Source: Tubulanus polymorphus (Eukaryota; Animalia; Nemertea). From it: a stretch of 64,000 nt of DNA. The position numbers were made by a program, and so were the translations under genes. The notes under the pieces were generated by a model, which made no database searches, had not been told where the DNA came from, and saw only the letters and a list, made by a program, of their open reading frames with translations. Positions 49,801-62,705 of this stretch are shown one piece after another (position 1 is the stretch's first letter; each line of letters opens with the position of its first letter). The stretch is from assembly GCF_964204645.1 (NCBI RefSeq), contig NC_134031.1:16355807-16419806 (forward strand), in the 5' to 3' direction.

Positions 49801-52800
49801 TATATCTTGCGTATTTGACTGTGTTAATTGATTGGATTCTTAGCTGATCAAGTCAGGGAAAAACAACTAACATTTATTTCAGGGAAAAAGTGAAATAAAA
49901 GTGGCCACCCTGCCGTGTTACCCATTTGTATTATGAGGTAATTTTGTGGCTCTGTACCTTTGATTTGTCAAATTAAATGCCGGTTTGTCATCGCCGAAAT
50001 CCGTCGAGAGTCCTACGCCGTTAAATGTATTGACTAGTACGTGAATCGAGATAAATCGACCATCTATCATTAGACTCTACTTAGATCACACCGTCGAGAC
50101 AAATCTCGACGTCGAGCGACTCTCCGCGGGGTTTCAATTTGGTAAAAACGCTGTCAGTCTTTTACGGCGATAGTACCCCGGGGATTTCCGTTTACTGCCA
50201 CGAAACGAACAATGATCGTATCTTTTGAAAACCGTTTGTCGAAATGTAAGAGTCGAGATGATGCGTCGAGTTTTTCGGAGATGTCCGAGGGCTTTAATTC
50301 AGGGGCGGATCTAGGGGTCAGTCTGAGGGTCTTCTCAGAATTCTAGGGGCATACCTAAAAGAAAAGGGCACTGATAACACACCGAGCGCAGCGCGCGAGG
50401 CTAACACTGCTTCAGCGCAAAGCCCTTCCGGGGGTCTGAGGCCCCCACAGAAAATTTTTAGAATCCAGCACTGATTTGAAGCAATTTCCTGCATTTTGAG
50501 TCATGAAATTGTTTTGCGAGCAAAATGTTTTGAGGGCACTTAAAAATTTTGAGGGTCTTCCAGAAGACCTTTAAGACCCCCTAGATTCACGCCTGTAATT
50601 GTTTGTTTGACGATTTGATAACGTTATTTTTCATTGTTCGTTTCAGGCTCGGCTGCCGACGTGTCAACCCGACATGCACCCGGACGACATGCCCGAAGAC
50701 TCGAAGGAATGGGAGAAACTGCAGTGGCGAGCCGACTCGGTGATGGACGGCGATCTGATGATGTTCCTGCGAGCAGCGAGGTACGTACATGTTCGAACGA
50801 AATCGATTTCGCGTCTTCGCACGCGACGCGTCTGACAGGTAGCTGTCGCTTCCGTCGTATCCGAAATCCAATTTCTCATTTCAACAATCTTCGAGACGTT
50901 CGTTCGAAATTGGACATAATTCGATAAGCAACCGATAATCCACGTAAATTGATAATTTCGCGCCGCGCGTGTGATAGATTCAATATTGGAACAGACGCAA
51001 TCGAGCAGACGCAATCATCAATTAATTCAATTGATTTTAAAGCGCAGAATTCTAGAGAAAAGTTTGATTGAGTTAGTTTAGTATCGGTGTCGGGAAAATG
51101 TTAACTGAACTAAACAAACTCGACTACCATTAGAGAGTAGTTTCTACCCTTCAAGCGCGGAACAACTCCCAAAAATATGATAATACTGTCGAAATCAGAA
51201 TGATTTTCAGTTAATTTTCAATTAAATTACTATTTTTGGTATCAAATTATTCTGATTTTTGGTAAAAAGTACATACTACAAATATCAGGTAGTCCAGTCT
51301 GATTACCGGTAGATTGAATATGAACCATTTTGAACGGGTATACATGTATTCAATGAAATCATAACCCACATGGTCAAACAAAGTTCAACTCTTTGAATGA
51401 AATTCACAACTCTAGAGTCGTGTATTTGAGCTATCGGTATTGTATTCGTAAACGGTATTTCGATTTTTCTAGTACCGCAGCGCCGCGTAATATTTGCCGT
51501 TTGCAACCCTTCGAAAATACCTCAGTGCTCGGCGCACGGTTTACATCGGTGGCATTATCGAAAACCACTCCGCCATCTTTTAATAATCCGACCATCAATT
51601 AATGTTTGAACATCGCCACGCAGTCGGCCTGCGTGTACGTAGATAACTGTATTGTTCGCAGTAATACCGTTTCTGCCGACGACTACGGGGGGGGGGGGTT
51701 TATCATGTTTTCCATATTAATAGAGAGGCTCGAACTGACGAGATCTGCGGCTAATCTGGCTCCGCGCTAACCTTGTCAATGCTAATTCTCACACTTTCAA
51801 TCAAGTATTAACGAACGTCGGCGAGCCGCGGCTGTAGATACGCGGAATCATGTTACCAGATTCTCTCCCCTCTCTCTCTCCCCCCTCTCTCCCCTCTCCT
51901 CTCTCTCCTCTCTCTCTTTCTTTTTACCCCGACTAAGAAACGAGCGTGTTCTGCGCGATGAAATGTTGATCGTGATGAATCGGTCGTCTTATAAAAACAT
52001 TTTGAAATTTGAAATCGATTCAATTTCACGCCAGTGCCAGTACTACAAAGGCTGGAGCTTCCACTGAGATCGTTCGTAGGGGATTCTGACTCGTGACTGG
52101 ATGAACCCGTGCCTTAAACCAAACAAAAAATGTCAAGTCCACTGAAATTGCAGCCATTTAATAGTAATTTAACTTTAATAATTACATAAATTATCAGAAT
52201 AAAATTAGTTATCCTTGACATGTTCATCAAGGATTCTGACTGGTGACTGGATGAACCCATGCCTTAAATTCAACATAAAACTAAACAAAAAGTGTTAAGT
52301 CCACTGAATTTGGAGCCAGTTATTAAAACATTCATTAATCACACGAGTTACCAGAATGAAATTAGTTATCGTCGACATGTTATCGTTCATCAGGGACTCG
52401 GACTGGTGACTGGACGAACCCGCGCAAACTCTTAGCAAACAAACGCGGTTTTCTGATCGGAATAACTTTGCACGCTCCGATTACTGCTCTTTTTGTCGGC
52501 GCGTTCTGTCGCTGTTTAAAGAAACAAATGGTTTTCTGGCATGATCGTCGTCTCAATGAAGATAAACGCCAGGATTAGGTATCATCGCCGCAAACGTGAT
52601 GCGTTAAATAGATTGGTGTCGTATTTTTTCTCCCCGCGCTCTCTCTCCCGGTGACTCATTCGAGATTGACGTCGAGTTTTCGCAGCAACATTTCCAGATA
52701 TCCTTTGTTAAACGCGGGACGACAAATCTAGTCGCCTTAATGGACGTTCTTAACCCTCAGTTTTCCGTCGCAAATGTTTACATTAATGATTTGAGTTCTA

Positions 52801-55800
52801 AGGCGGAGAGTGGCCCTGTAAAAAGCCAACCCATTTGATATTTATAAGACGTAAATTTCCAAGTCTTTGTTTACAAACTGAATTGGAAATGTTAACTTGA
52901 AATTATCTTTGTATTTAGGGTACTATCATGTATGCGCAGTCGCTGAATGCGCTGCATTATTTATGTCCTATTGAAATATAGCATTGCTCATAGACTACCT
53001 GTGACAAGCCCCACATAAAACAAACATTTATTAAGTGTCAACACAAAGTTAGCAAATAATAAGCTGTCGTCGTCGTTGAAATTAAATGAATTAATTCAAA
53101 TATTATTACATCATATGCGTTTTGTAGGAGCATGGCGGCGTACGCGGGTATGTGCAATGGCGGATCGACCGAAGAGGGCTTCATAGCCGCGTCCTTAGAC
53201 GAGACGACAGTCAACGCTTTAAACACCGTACGTATCCGATATATGTATCGAGAAAATCTTTTTTCTCTTAATCACGAATTAATCTACACTTGACAACGAG
53301 TCGGAGAAGGTCGCAGAATGACGTTCAGAATGACGTCTTCGACGTCGATGCGTAAACTACAATAACCCGCGCGAACCTGCGATTCGCGCGGGTTGGTAAC
53401 ACGACGCTTATATGTTGTTATGTATATTTTATAGCTCCACGGCAGTAATTATGACACCGGTAAAGCTTTGCAAGCGCTCGTCAAGTGTCCGGTTCCTGTC
53501 AGTATCGAAAAGAAATGGACCGAAGAAGAAACCGTAAGTACCCCTAAAAACGGCGGCGGTAATGACATCCAAGAATGCTGACGGCATCATCATTGAATTA
53601 CTGTACTCGCAAATGATACCGATTAGAATTTAGATACTGCTTTTATGAGAGATGTTGCATCTCGCGGGACCTTGAATTCTATACTCGTAGGAACTCTTAG
53701 ACTTGTAGCGAGTGCAATTGGGTCTCCTAGATTTAAAAACTGTCTTGGGTAGATAAGACTTTTAGGGAAGAGTTGTACTCTTGTGGAAAATGACAGAACC
53801 AGAAATGAATGAATTTCGAGTATTTTCCAGTTGTTTGATTATTGTATCAATTTCTCGTTTCATCGTCTTCCCGAGTTCGGCCTAAATCCATGATATTCTC
53901 TATTCAATGCATTCCTTGCATTTTCGCCGTCTTTGATTTTCGGACCTCGCATATTCAGCATATCCCGTTCTTCCGTGCGGATTAGCGGCCGTGCTTTCGT
54001 TCCGATGGAAATGTCGCGTTTGCGCGTGTTTTCATGCGTTATCACACCTATCCCCGCGCGTATCTTTAATCTCCTCGGTGTAAAATCTCTTCATTAGAAT
54101 CCATCTCTTTGTTCAATGGTGTGTTTATAATGCACATAAAGCCTTCGGGCGGCGCGTCCGCGTCGACTATCTCGAGTATTGCGATGTGTTCGCCTGCGCT
54201 ATGAGATCCCCTCCGGGCCAATTTGTCTCGTGTTATTTCCTTTAACTCCGTGTTCGGGAAGCTTTATTGCGACTCATTTCCTGCGCGATGAAAACCGCGC
54301 GTCGTCGCTCCGGCGCCGAGCGTTCTGCGTCGGATAATAGATGGCGCTGCGTGGTGCGTGCTCATCGGGGATGTCGACCGAACAGATCTGACCTGTTAAT
54401 AATGTATTAACCTGGATGGTTGTGACAGAATTGCGGTGAAAATTCGGCTAATTTATTAACAGATCGAAATCTCACAGCCAGATTTCATTGCACGGCATTT
54501 GTTATCCAAGATCTGAGTGGACACTTACCTGGAAATCAGGGGAAGGTCAGGAAACTATGTAGAAAAGCCAAAAACCAAGGAAAAGTCGAGGAAATTTCTT
54601 GAGATTGCTAGATCACGTGTAAAATCAAATAGTTTCCGCCTCTGTTCTACATATTTTGACTGTGTTGGATTCTTAGCGGATCAAGTCGGGAAAACAACGT
54701 GCATGTCAGGGAATAGTCAGCGAAAAGCAAGTCGAATGAAAGTGACGACCCTGATGATGCTTTATAGTATGATCATCGAAATAGAACGCTTGATCGTAGT
54801 AATAAAAGGCTACGTATATTGCATCATCTCTCCGCGATTCAGTTGCGTTTTACTAAAAAATGTTACATCAAACCTTGATACAACGAACTATATTTTGTAA
54901 ATATAACCGCACCAAAATTAGCATAAAAAGGGCTCTTACGTATGCATTGTCCCAGGTGGTATTTTTTTTCCGCTATGAACCCAGCCGGTTTAAAAGAAAC
55001 AAATTTTTGATATTTTTATATTGATTTTTAGTCCTATATAATATGTACTGTTGCAGACGACAGATTGTTGCAAGTGTTATTTGTTATTTTGTTCCGTCAT
55101 TGATTTTCTTAACTGCGCCCTTATATCATAAAAATTAAAAAATAGGAGGCGCGGCTGTGTATGCGTAATACTTTGTCCTGCTAGAGAGTTTACGAAGGCT
55201 TACTTTGAGTAGGTTGAGAAAAAATCATTTGTATACGGCAGCAGTGTCTTTCTCTCTGGTATTTAAACAAACTTCTCATCCAGCGTGTTTTATCAATTGA
55301 AACGAGGGCCATCGACAAACTGTTTTACTTATGCAACGAATACACTTCGACAAATGGTTGCTCGACGACGAGAGCCATTCGAAAATACTTGCGCAGAAAT
55401 TCATTGCGCTTGAAACGATGCTTCACCCGTTGTAAACGCGGCCATTCTAAACGGGATTCTTGTCAATTGATGTCGCACTCAAGAATTGCCGAGTTTGACA
55501 GCTTATGCAAATGCGCTGTCGTTTCCTCGATTCGCCGGGTTCGTCTGTGAGTGTTTCGAAGACTCTACACTGACCCTCGGTGCTTGTTTTTCGTGTAGGA
55601 AATCTATTCAGGCAAACGCGTTATTATCAAGTTTGAATAGCAGTCCTTAGCAAAACTAAGACTTAATATTATTATTCTGAATATATTGATAATATATATT
55701 TGAATATCTTTGAGTCCATAACTTTAGAAAATAGTGTCTGATATAGGTGGGATGTAATGGGCATCACCAGAGGTGATCGGGGAGCAGACAGCTCCTAATT

Positions 55801-58800
55801 ATTTTTTAAATTTCTTAAATATTTTGCCTTCAAAGTTCCAGATAACAAGTTTCGATTTCTAAAAATAAGTCTATTCAAGAAAATTCAAGCAATTTCTAGG
55901 ATTCAGAAATGCTCAGCGGATATGGTACGAAGTATGGAATAATAGCACCACTTGTATCAATTCTGACCAGTCTAAAGAATCCTAAGTGAAGTCCCTGTTC
56001 TCACCACTGGAGAGACAATTTCCGCTTATACGTGTTACCCTTAAATCCCCTTTGTTCGCAGACAATAGATCGGGTATCGGATCGCGTTTCAGAAAAAGTA
56101 AGCCAGAAATTTCCTGAGCAGATGTATTTTAATCGAAGTACACGTCATGTGTCACGTCAGGTCGGTTAAGGCGAGAGACCGGCTACCGCTGTTTGTGTCG
56201 GTTGAAGTAGCGGATTTTTCGCCACTCTGATTCATTATTCATTCCTAAGTCGGGCACTTATTCGTCGAGAACGGCCGCAGAAACCTTTCTCTATTCGAGC
56301 GTAATTTGCCGTGAACTTCGCGTTTGTAAGCTTGTGTTTAACTAATCATAGTTCGAATTGCCATCCGACTGCAGCTTTCTCCGCCCGGGGCTATCGGCCG
56401 TCGACGAACAACTGTCCCCTGTTCAAAGCTTCGGGCGAACTTCATGAATATTTAGTTCCGGACGTTTTCACTCCAATGGCGGCTATTCACCTCCGATCGC
56501 AAGTTCGCCGCTGAAATTCTTTCCATAATCTGCTAAATCTACGTTCAATAAAACTGTAAACAATCTGATAAAGTACTGTACTATTTATGCATTGTTAAAA
56601 TTGAATGTTTAGTCTTTTCTGCTTTTAGTGCAGTTCTGGTATAAAACGCTCTAAAGTGTTTATCTAATTATTCTGATGACAATTACACCGTGTTACTCAT
56701 AATAGAACTCTCCGAGAGTCTCCCAAGTTTCCCCGGAAGTTCATTCAGCAATTTCTCTTTATTTTAGGATCCGCCTCCCTGAATTCTGCACAAAAAAAAA
56801 TATCAAATTCTAAAAAAATAAAAATTTTTTCTGTTTATTCGTGTTTTCATCACAATTTTTCATTAAAAAAGAAATTTTTTTTTTGTTATTTTCAATCTGA
56901 TAACTTGGAAAAGTTATGTTCGTCTTAATTTTCGATCTCGTGATTTGCCAAAAAATGTTTACTTCTCCCATCATTTGTAACAATTTCATCACAATTTTTG
57001 CCCCTTTAAGCAGCCTTCGGGGTCATCCATGTATTACATACGCATTTGGAGGGGGAGTGGTCAGTGCATTTGTATACTGAAATGCTAAATGTACATGTAC
57101 ATGAAAAAATGGCCGATTTTGCATACAGGGTGAAGGGGGTTGAAAATTCCAATTTTATCGAACGTAATAGATGAATGCTCCCATAGCGAAGACAGATTTC
57201 TAGGTTGTTCATTTCACGTGTAGACGATGATTACGTTAATTTAAACGAGCGTGTAATCGGGCGGTAATCCGGTTTAATTTGCTCTCATGCTTTACAGCGA
57301 CTGACTGTCGGTCGTGTAACAGATCAGTACTCTGAGTATTTAATCCGATTTGGCTTTTCTTCGATGATCTCGCGTATATGACTCACGCGCGTTTGCTCGA
57401 CTGTGGCCTAATCGGATTTTCGTCCGGCCCGATCCCCTTAATAACCGATAGCTGCGTATAATATACAACAACAAAAAAATAGATTGACTTATAGTCAGAA
57501 GACACGAATCGATTTTCAGTCAAACGATACTTTGATCGATTCTTCTTCAAAGTTATCTCGTTATATTGTGGTGTAGATTTAGCAAGTGTTGAAATACCGA
57601 AAGCCCAGGGGCGAATCCAAGCTATATTCCATTGTGGAATTCCACTCCAGAACATAGTCAGAAAAATGTGAATTACATATTTTCTAGAAGTACCTTACCT
57701 GACTGGTCAAGAATGATATGAGGAAATACCTTAAAATACAAGGAAAAAGTCATTTTTGAAATTTTTAGGAATATACAGGGATGAAAATCTTCCGACCATA
57801 GACGAATTTCCGACCTTTTCTAACATTTTCTTTATTCCTGAGAACAGTGTAAATCACCTCAATCGCGGGCGTCACATCGGAGCACTCCGTAGTTAGGAGT
57901 GCTCCTTAAGACGGTTTTTGGCAGTTGTTAGCACAACTGTTGAGTCGGAGAAACCAATATGGCGTCTCATTCAAAAAGCCGCTCTAATTCAGGCCCAAAC
58001 TATTAACATTTTGACCAAAAGGAAGTAAGTTTTTTGGCTAAAAGTTACTGATTTTTGTTCCCCAAAAAAATTCTTTTTTTTGAAAATATTTTCCGACTTT
58101 TTCAATATGGGCTGTTTTCGACCCTGAATATTGTCAAATTCTCCAGCTGGATCCGCCCCTGAGAGCCGTGTGTTTGGGGACGGACGCTCGTAATGATGCG
58201 ATTGCATTTCGAATTATTAGGTCTTGTTTTGGTCGTCGGGAATCAATGTTTCGCGGGCGCGGCTAATCTGGCGAATGATTGATGGCCGACGTTTTCTGGC
58301 GAACCCGAATCGGATCTCGCGCGCGCCGAGCAAAACGCTAACTAGGGAAATTGGATAATGGTTTAGATGTGCTTCGTTCGGCCCGGTAATGATGTATGTT
58401 AAAGGATCCGTTGAAATGAACATTGATGAAACGTATCTGATGACATTTAAGAAATGACCTACTGTTCGAGTCGATTGTGAATGCTGACACTATTCGGACA
58501 GCATCTATCAGTCCTAATGTTCAATGCGTCTTGCGTTTCTCACTTAGTTGCGCGTTGATACCTTTGTTGGAGTTTTCACATTTCTCGAAAAAGCTGCTGT
58601 TGTCGGCCATCGGCATGAACACTCCCATTATACATAATCTAGTGACGAATTCACATACTACCGGGGGTTTTTTGTGTTTGTTTGAGATAAATCGTTTGTT
58701 ACCCATGTAATATGTATCTAATTACACCACTGGTTAATCGGGTATAAGCTGCGTTCACACTAGGATTTCAGTACGGTTCTAAGCGTTCACACTAAGAAAT

Positions 58801-59676
58801 TATTCGAGGCCTATTCGCGGCTTATTCAGTTCCGTACTGAAATACGCGGCTTATTAAGCGCGGAATGTGATTCGGCGCCCAAAACCTGATTTTTTCTGTA
58901 TTTTCTGTAATGTGAACGTAGATTTGGTGCTTAGCTAGCCGTGTATTTACATCGTCGTAGTACAAAACACTTGGCACTAATTACACTCCCCTCTATTGGC
59001 ACACCGGGTGACTACTATACCGGGCTTACTAAGTGCCGAATCGTCAACTCGTAGTGTGAACGTAACTGGCTACGGTACTTCGTAAGCGCTGAATCTAGTG
59101 TGAACGCGGCTATATTTTACCTCAGTGAGTTAGGGCTGCTAGTGGCGAAAGGTCATCTGGTTTATCCATCACGTTTCAGCAGCATTCCACTCGTGCGGAA
59201 AGCGCGCTGTTTCAACATACTTGTATCGCATTACTCGTTCGATTGTCAATTTATGAAAGGCTCTAAGATGATCGAGAGATCGTATGAAAATATCCACATT
59301 TATTTGATACCCATTCAATCGGTTGTTGAGTCGTAGAGTTGATCGGTGTATAAATGAAAATGTTTTTAAGCGTTCAGTTTTTGTAAGGGTCTCAGTTTTT
59401 GTAAGGGTCTCGTGCATTCGCTTTTATTAAACAGCTGATATCAGTGAACAGCTTCCACTTTAGACAATACCAACAGCAGACGACAGGTGCACCTTCACTC
59501 GATGCATTAACGTTTTATTGTACATATTGAAAAAACCTGCAAAATTTTCATTCGCAATGGAGAAGATGATTATTGTTCTGCGTTATGTTTTGTAGAAGCG
59601 ATTCGTCAAGGGTTTACGACAGTATGGCAAGAATTTCTTCAAAATTCACAAAGAGCTTTTATCGCATAAACAAACC
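30736..59676 (+). CDS. RERE: RERE / atrophin-2 transcriptional corepressor, N-terminal BAH-ELM2-SANT part (376 codons); 3'-incomplete
   Basis: Exons 30736-31021, 33954-34024, 36764-36869, 43303-43399, 48010-48163, 50647-50780, 53128-53227, 53435-53533, 59596-59676, all GT-AG and phase-consistent. RERE-type motifs: [80 protein letters not shown]. Confidence 0.95.
31326..31675. mobile_element. MITE family B split by a nested MITE (about 31365-31589)
   Basis: Outer halves match the reverse complement of 20515-20660. Inner TIR GGCCATCTCACAATAATGGTCCGTTTGCCGTAAC / GTTACGGCAAACAGACAATTATTTTGGGATGGCC. Confidence 0.75.
32203..32457. mobile_element. Fold-back Penelope-like tail element
   Basis: Starts with the same AGAACGATAACCACACTCAAACG; inverted arms; imperfect flanking repeat tatg(c/t)ccccat. 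Confidence 0.75.
32332..32373 (+). ncRNA. Minimal hammerhead ribozyme motif, sense to RERE pre-mRNA
   Basis: ACAC CUGACGA U GAUUU cuagggua AGAUC GAAA C GUU GUGU. Confidence 0.62.
33150..33264. mobile_element. Palindromic MITE, family A (second copy)
   Basis: CAGTTCCACAGTTGTGAGTTA ... TAACTCACAACTGTGGAACTG. Confidence 0.75.
33954..34024 (+). CDS. RERE: RERE BAH exon ([24 protein letters not shown])
   Basis: ttcag| ... |gttagt, phase 1/0. Confidence 0.9.
35975..36255. mobile_element. piggyBac-type MITE
   Basis: TTAA|CCCTTTCAGTGC ... GCACTGAAAGGG|TTAA. Confidence 0.85.
36764..36869 (+). CDS. RERE: RERE BAH exon ([35 protein letters not shown])
   Basis: ttcag| ... |gtaagt, phase 0/1. Confidence 0.94.
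39337..39529. mobile_element. piggyBac-type MITE, internally deleted copy
   Basis: Same TIRs and TTAA TSD; about 90 nt shorter than 35975-36255. Confidence 0.85.
43303..43399 (+). CDS. RERE: RERE BAH exon ([33 protein letters not shown])
   Basis: ttcag| ... |gtaagt, phase 1/2. Confidence 0.94.
43743..43803. repeat. (AT)n microsatellite
   Basis: Read directly. Confidence 0.97.
44356..44694 (-). mobile_element. Older Penelope-like 3' fragment, interrupted by a MITE
   Basis: Degenerate hammerhead near 44447-44485; AAGGCATGAAGTAATATACT identical to the 6.65-kb copy; perfect 13-nt TSD AAGAACCTATCAG (44343-44355, 44695-44707). Confidence 0.7.
44504..44611. mobile_element. Palindromic MITE nested in the Penelope-like fragment
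   Basis: Arms TATAGACTGGTATTACCTTTAACC..GGGGC.AACTCAATT / AATTGAGTT.GCCCC..GGTTAAAGGTAATAC..GTCTATA. Confidence 0.7.
48010..48163 (+). CDS. RERE: RERE BAH end / ELM2 start exon (GKCKVVHF...[10 protein letters not shown])
   Basis: tacag| ... |gtacgt, phase 2/0. Confidence 0.95.
49349..49629. repeat. 145-bp tandem duplication, each unit containing a 31-bp dimer
   Basis: Inner unit TCGAGGATTCTTTCCAGGGTCGTCCTGTGGG, 4 copies in all. Confidence 0.92.
49662..49912 (+). mobile_element. hAT-like element, CAGGGTGGCCAC family
   Basis: CGGGGTGGCGACT ... AGTGGCCACCCTG. Confidence 0.7.
50300..50595. mobile_element. hAT-like MITE, CAGGGGCGGATC family (related ends near 3437-3620, 10100, 45302, 58161)
   Basis: CAGGGGCGGATCTAGGGGTC ... 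GACCCCCTAGATTCACGCCTG. Confidence 0.65.
50647..50780 (+). CDS. RERE: RERE ELM2 exon (ARLPTCQ...[10 protein letters not shown])
   Basis: ttcag| ... |gtacgt, phase 0/2. Confidence 0.93.
52081..52423. repeat. ~150-160-bp diverged tandem repeat (about 2.2 units)
   Basis: GGATTCTGACT.GTGACTGGATGAACCC at 52081, 52231 and about 52394. Confidence 0.85.
53128..53227 (+). CDS. RERE: RERE ELM2 exon ([33 protein letters not shown])
   Basis: tgtag| ... |gtacgt, phase 2/0. Confidence 0.95.
53435..53533 (+). CDS. RERE: RERE ELM2/SANT exon ([33 protein letters not shown])
   Basis: tatag| ... |gtaagt, phase 0/0. Confidence 0.95.
54515..54753 (+). mobile_element. hAT-like element, CAGGGTGGCCAC family
   Basis: ACCTGGAAATCAGGG start, shared core, AGTGACGACCCTG end. 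Confidence 0.65.
57019..57182. mobile_element. Short MITE
   Basis: Imperfect TIR GGGGTCATCCATGTATTAC / GTAATAGATGAATGCTCCC. Confidence 0.5.
58747..59111. mobile_element. Harbinger-like MITE
   Basis: TIR AGCTGCGTTCACACTAG / CTAGTGTGAACGCGGCT; subterminal GTGAACG repeats. Confidence 0.7.
59596..59676 (+). CDS. RERE: RERE SANT exon ([27 protein letters not shown])
   Basis: tgtag| ... |gtaagt, phase 0/0. Confidence 0.95.
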
Positions 59677-61908
59677 GTAAGTAGAATACTGTATATATCG
59701 TAATCTGTTGTATCCTGAAATGTGTTGATCGTTCTTCGGGCTTCTCGTCATCGAGCCAGGGGGATCTATCTATTTAATGTTGCATTTGCGCTACATATAT
59801 ATTTACAACTTCACAAATTTTGTTCAAATTAAGAACAGACCAAGTTTTCATTTTTGTGAAAAGTCCGTCTTCGCTTCGGAATGGAAACGTTGCTGTCATT
59901 GCTGTTAATCACAGCATCGCGTTTAGCTGGACCGGTGATAACTAACGCGTAGCATTGATTTGGTCCATTCTAGCTACGAGCAATCATCTCAAGAGTGATT
60001 CTAGTAAGAGGCTAAGTTAGAATGGACTTATTAAAAGCGCAAATGCAGCTTAAATAGACAAAGTTACCCTTGTGCACCCTGAAACTGTATTGTATTGAAC
60101 AGCAGACGAGATATGAAATTCATCAGTTCATCCCAATACCATCAAAATGCCGTTGCATTTGAAAAAAAACGCGACCTTTTTCATCTCATAGCGTGTAGTG
60201 TTTTTCCTTGCTTTTTCATGCGATGTATCGTGAACTTCTCTTCTGGATGTTATTTAGATCGATGTTGTGTTGATTGTAAGCCGCGTCCGTGTATACATAT
60301 ATCGTCATTCGATATTTGCATTATTTAACACAAGCCGTTGCTGGTCGTCGTCGAGGCGATCTCTGGTAGAGATCGTGCCAGTATATTACGCTATCAACAG
60401 AAGACGTTAAGCGGAGTAATAATCGATCAGCGACTGAAATTTATACGCGCAGCACCGCGTGATAACCGGTGAAAAAGTCCGTCTGCTAGAGACAAGATAC
60501 GGCCATCCGTCCTTCCGCAAAGGGATTGAACCTAATATCATCGGCGACTTCGAAATCGGAAAGCGATTGAAGCACCGACGGTTCTTGTCACCTGCTTCGA
60601 GTGTTATCCATATGCTGGAATTTTAAAGGGGCTGCATTCATTGTTAGGCCTATGACATAGTGGATGCTAAAGTAGCAAGGCTTTCGATCCCCCAAAAAAT
60701 ACCAATTAAGCTCATTTTTTGCGTAATCTTCTATTTTTCACATCATATCAATATATTTTACGCGATAATCAGCATTGATAGAATATTGACATCCACTTAG
60801 GTAGAGGCAGAAGGGTGGCTGATTTTCAGAGGGGTCAATATGAAAATGAATGAGTCGGCCGCTCCTCCGAAACCTGTTGTCTTAAACACCGGCTTCGGGG
60901 CAAGCTAGAAGTGGTTGAATCGGACGCAGATTACGACGATCACCTGTTACGACCTCTGTTTTCGCGGGCTGTATCGAAACGCTATCGTGCGGGAACGCGG
61001 ACGGTCGACGACGATAAATATTGTAGCCGTCGTCGTCGCCGCGCGCGTTCATACCGAGCTGCGGCAATAATATTATTGGATCACCGCGGTAATGGGTTAT
61101 ATGCTGAATATCTTAAGTGATCAATTCGCGTCGACTGTTTGCTTGTCATAACGTACGATTTATTCCGAATATAATTCGCGCCCGTCGTCGTTGATTTACG
61201 CGCTTTTTCGCCTCGCGACGTCTTGAGTATTATCATTATTATTATTATTATGATTATGATTATTATTATTATCGTCGTCCGATGATATCGGCGTATTTGC
61301 TTCGTAATGATATCGCGTATCCTGTAATCATCGATGTGATTTACGGACCGAACCTAACGCCGCGCCGTAATCGCTGCGGTCATCTACATATTTTTCCGGC
61401 CGCGAGGACGTGTATTTATGCTCTCGTAAGGTACCGTCTTAAACGAGTAACGCGGCGGTTATTATGGCCGCCGAATCCAGTCCAACGATCTCGGCCAATT
61501 GTCGATTACCCGACTCGATATGAATAAAAAGGGTGCCGTTAAGAAAAATATGACGCATCGTCGAAAACTATTTCCATAACGAAATGGATGCTTGCGAATT
61601 GACGTCTTAAGACGATGTTTTATGATGGTTAGATGACTCTCTTGCAACAAGCCATAACTTCATGACCGCATGAAAAAAAAAATTTCCCGGAACAGAAACG
61701 TCTTTGATCTCTCATCCCTGATCGTTCCCGTAAGATTTCCGGGACTATAATTGAAGGAATGATATGGGGGGGATATGAGATGCAGCATATTCTATCCGAG
61801 CTTTTGTTTGTATGCGCGCAGTTTGCGCGACTCTGGTTTGATTGGTTGTCGGAGATAATTTGCTTAATTTCCTGTCGACTGATTGCTCATAGAGAACGAT
61901 GCCATCAT

Positions 61909-62132
61909 CGGAGTGCTCCATCGTCGTGCAGCCGATCGGCGGAGTGCTCCATCGTCAGCTCCGTTTATGTATGTGTGTGTGTGTCGTCGTGCAGCCTATC
62001 GTCGGAGTGCTCCATCATCGTGCAGCTGATTGTCGGAGTGCTCCATCGTCGTGCAGCCGATCTTCGGAGTGCTCCATCGTCGAGCAGCCGATCGTCGGAG
62101 TGCTCCATCGTCTGCTCTGTGTGTGTGTGTGT
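61909..62132. repeat. 31-bp minisatellite (6 cores) with (GT)n blocks
   Basis: GGAGTGCTCCATC at 61910, 61941, 62004, 62035, 62066, 62097. Confidence 0.92.
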
Positions 62133-62705
62133 GGATACCCCACCGACAATCTACTTATCCAGTTTGGTGCCGCGTTGAAAAGGTTTAATTTTCCCGCGAC
62201 GAGACATCGACGCGACGATCGCGTGAGCGTTTGACGATCACGAATCCGCGCTTCGCGGCGACAGCTTTGTAACGGTAATCGCGGTATCCTCTTATTCTCG
62301 CACCGCGTTGTGTAAATTTACATCGGGGATGTTTAATTCAGACGGTCGTCGAGTAGATCGACGACTCTGTCACCGCGTCCGCGCTGTCGTTGTCGTTATT
62401 ATTATTACCGCTGATAAGTTCGCGGTGGTAAAAGGCGACCAATCGATGGTCGAAATGATACGTAAACATTGAACGGGCGATGGTATCTCGTCGGTGAATG
62501 GAGTCGTCTCGTGTCCGATTCGTGCCTCTTCTCTTGTCATCTCGGAACGCCGAACAAATACTATTCATCACAGATATCGGAGATATTTTCGTACACGCCA
62601 CCATTCACCATGGTTCAAACGATATCCTCGAGTACGTGAAAGACCGATGAATTATTATGGAGATAATCGATACCAAATACTTTGGACCTGGATCCACAGT
62701 TCCGA

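Noticed and set aside
61909-62132. CRISPR-like array
   Set aside because: The intervening sequences are near-identical rather than unique spacers; eukaryotic context with no cas genes. It is a minisatellite, and ORFs 61759 and 61899 are by-products.
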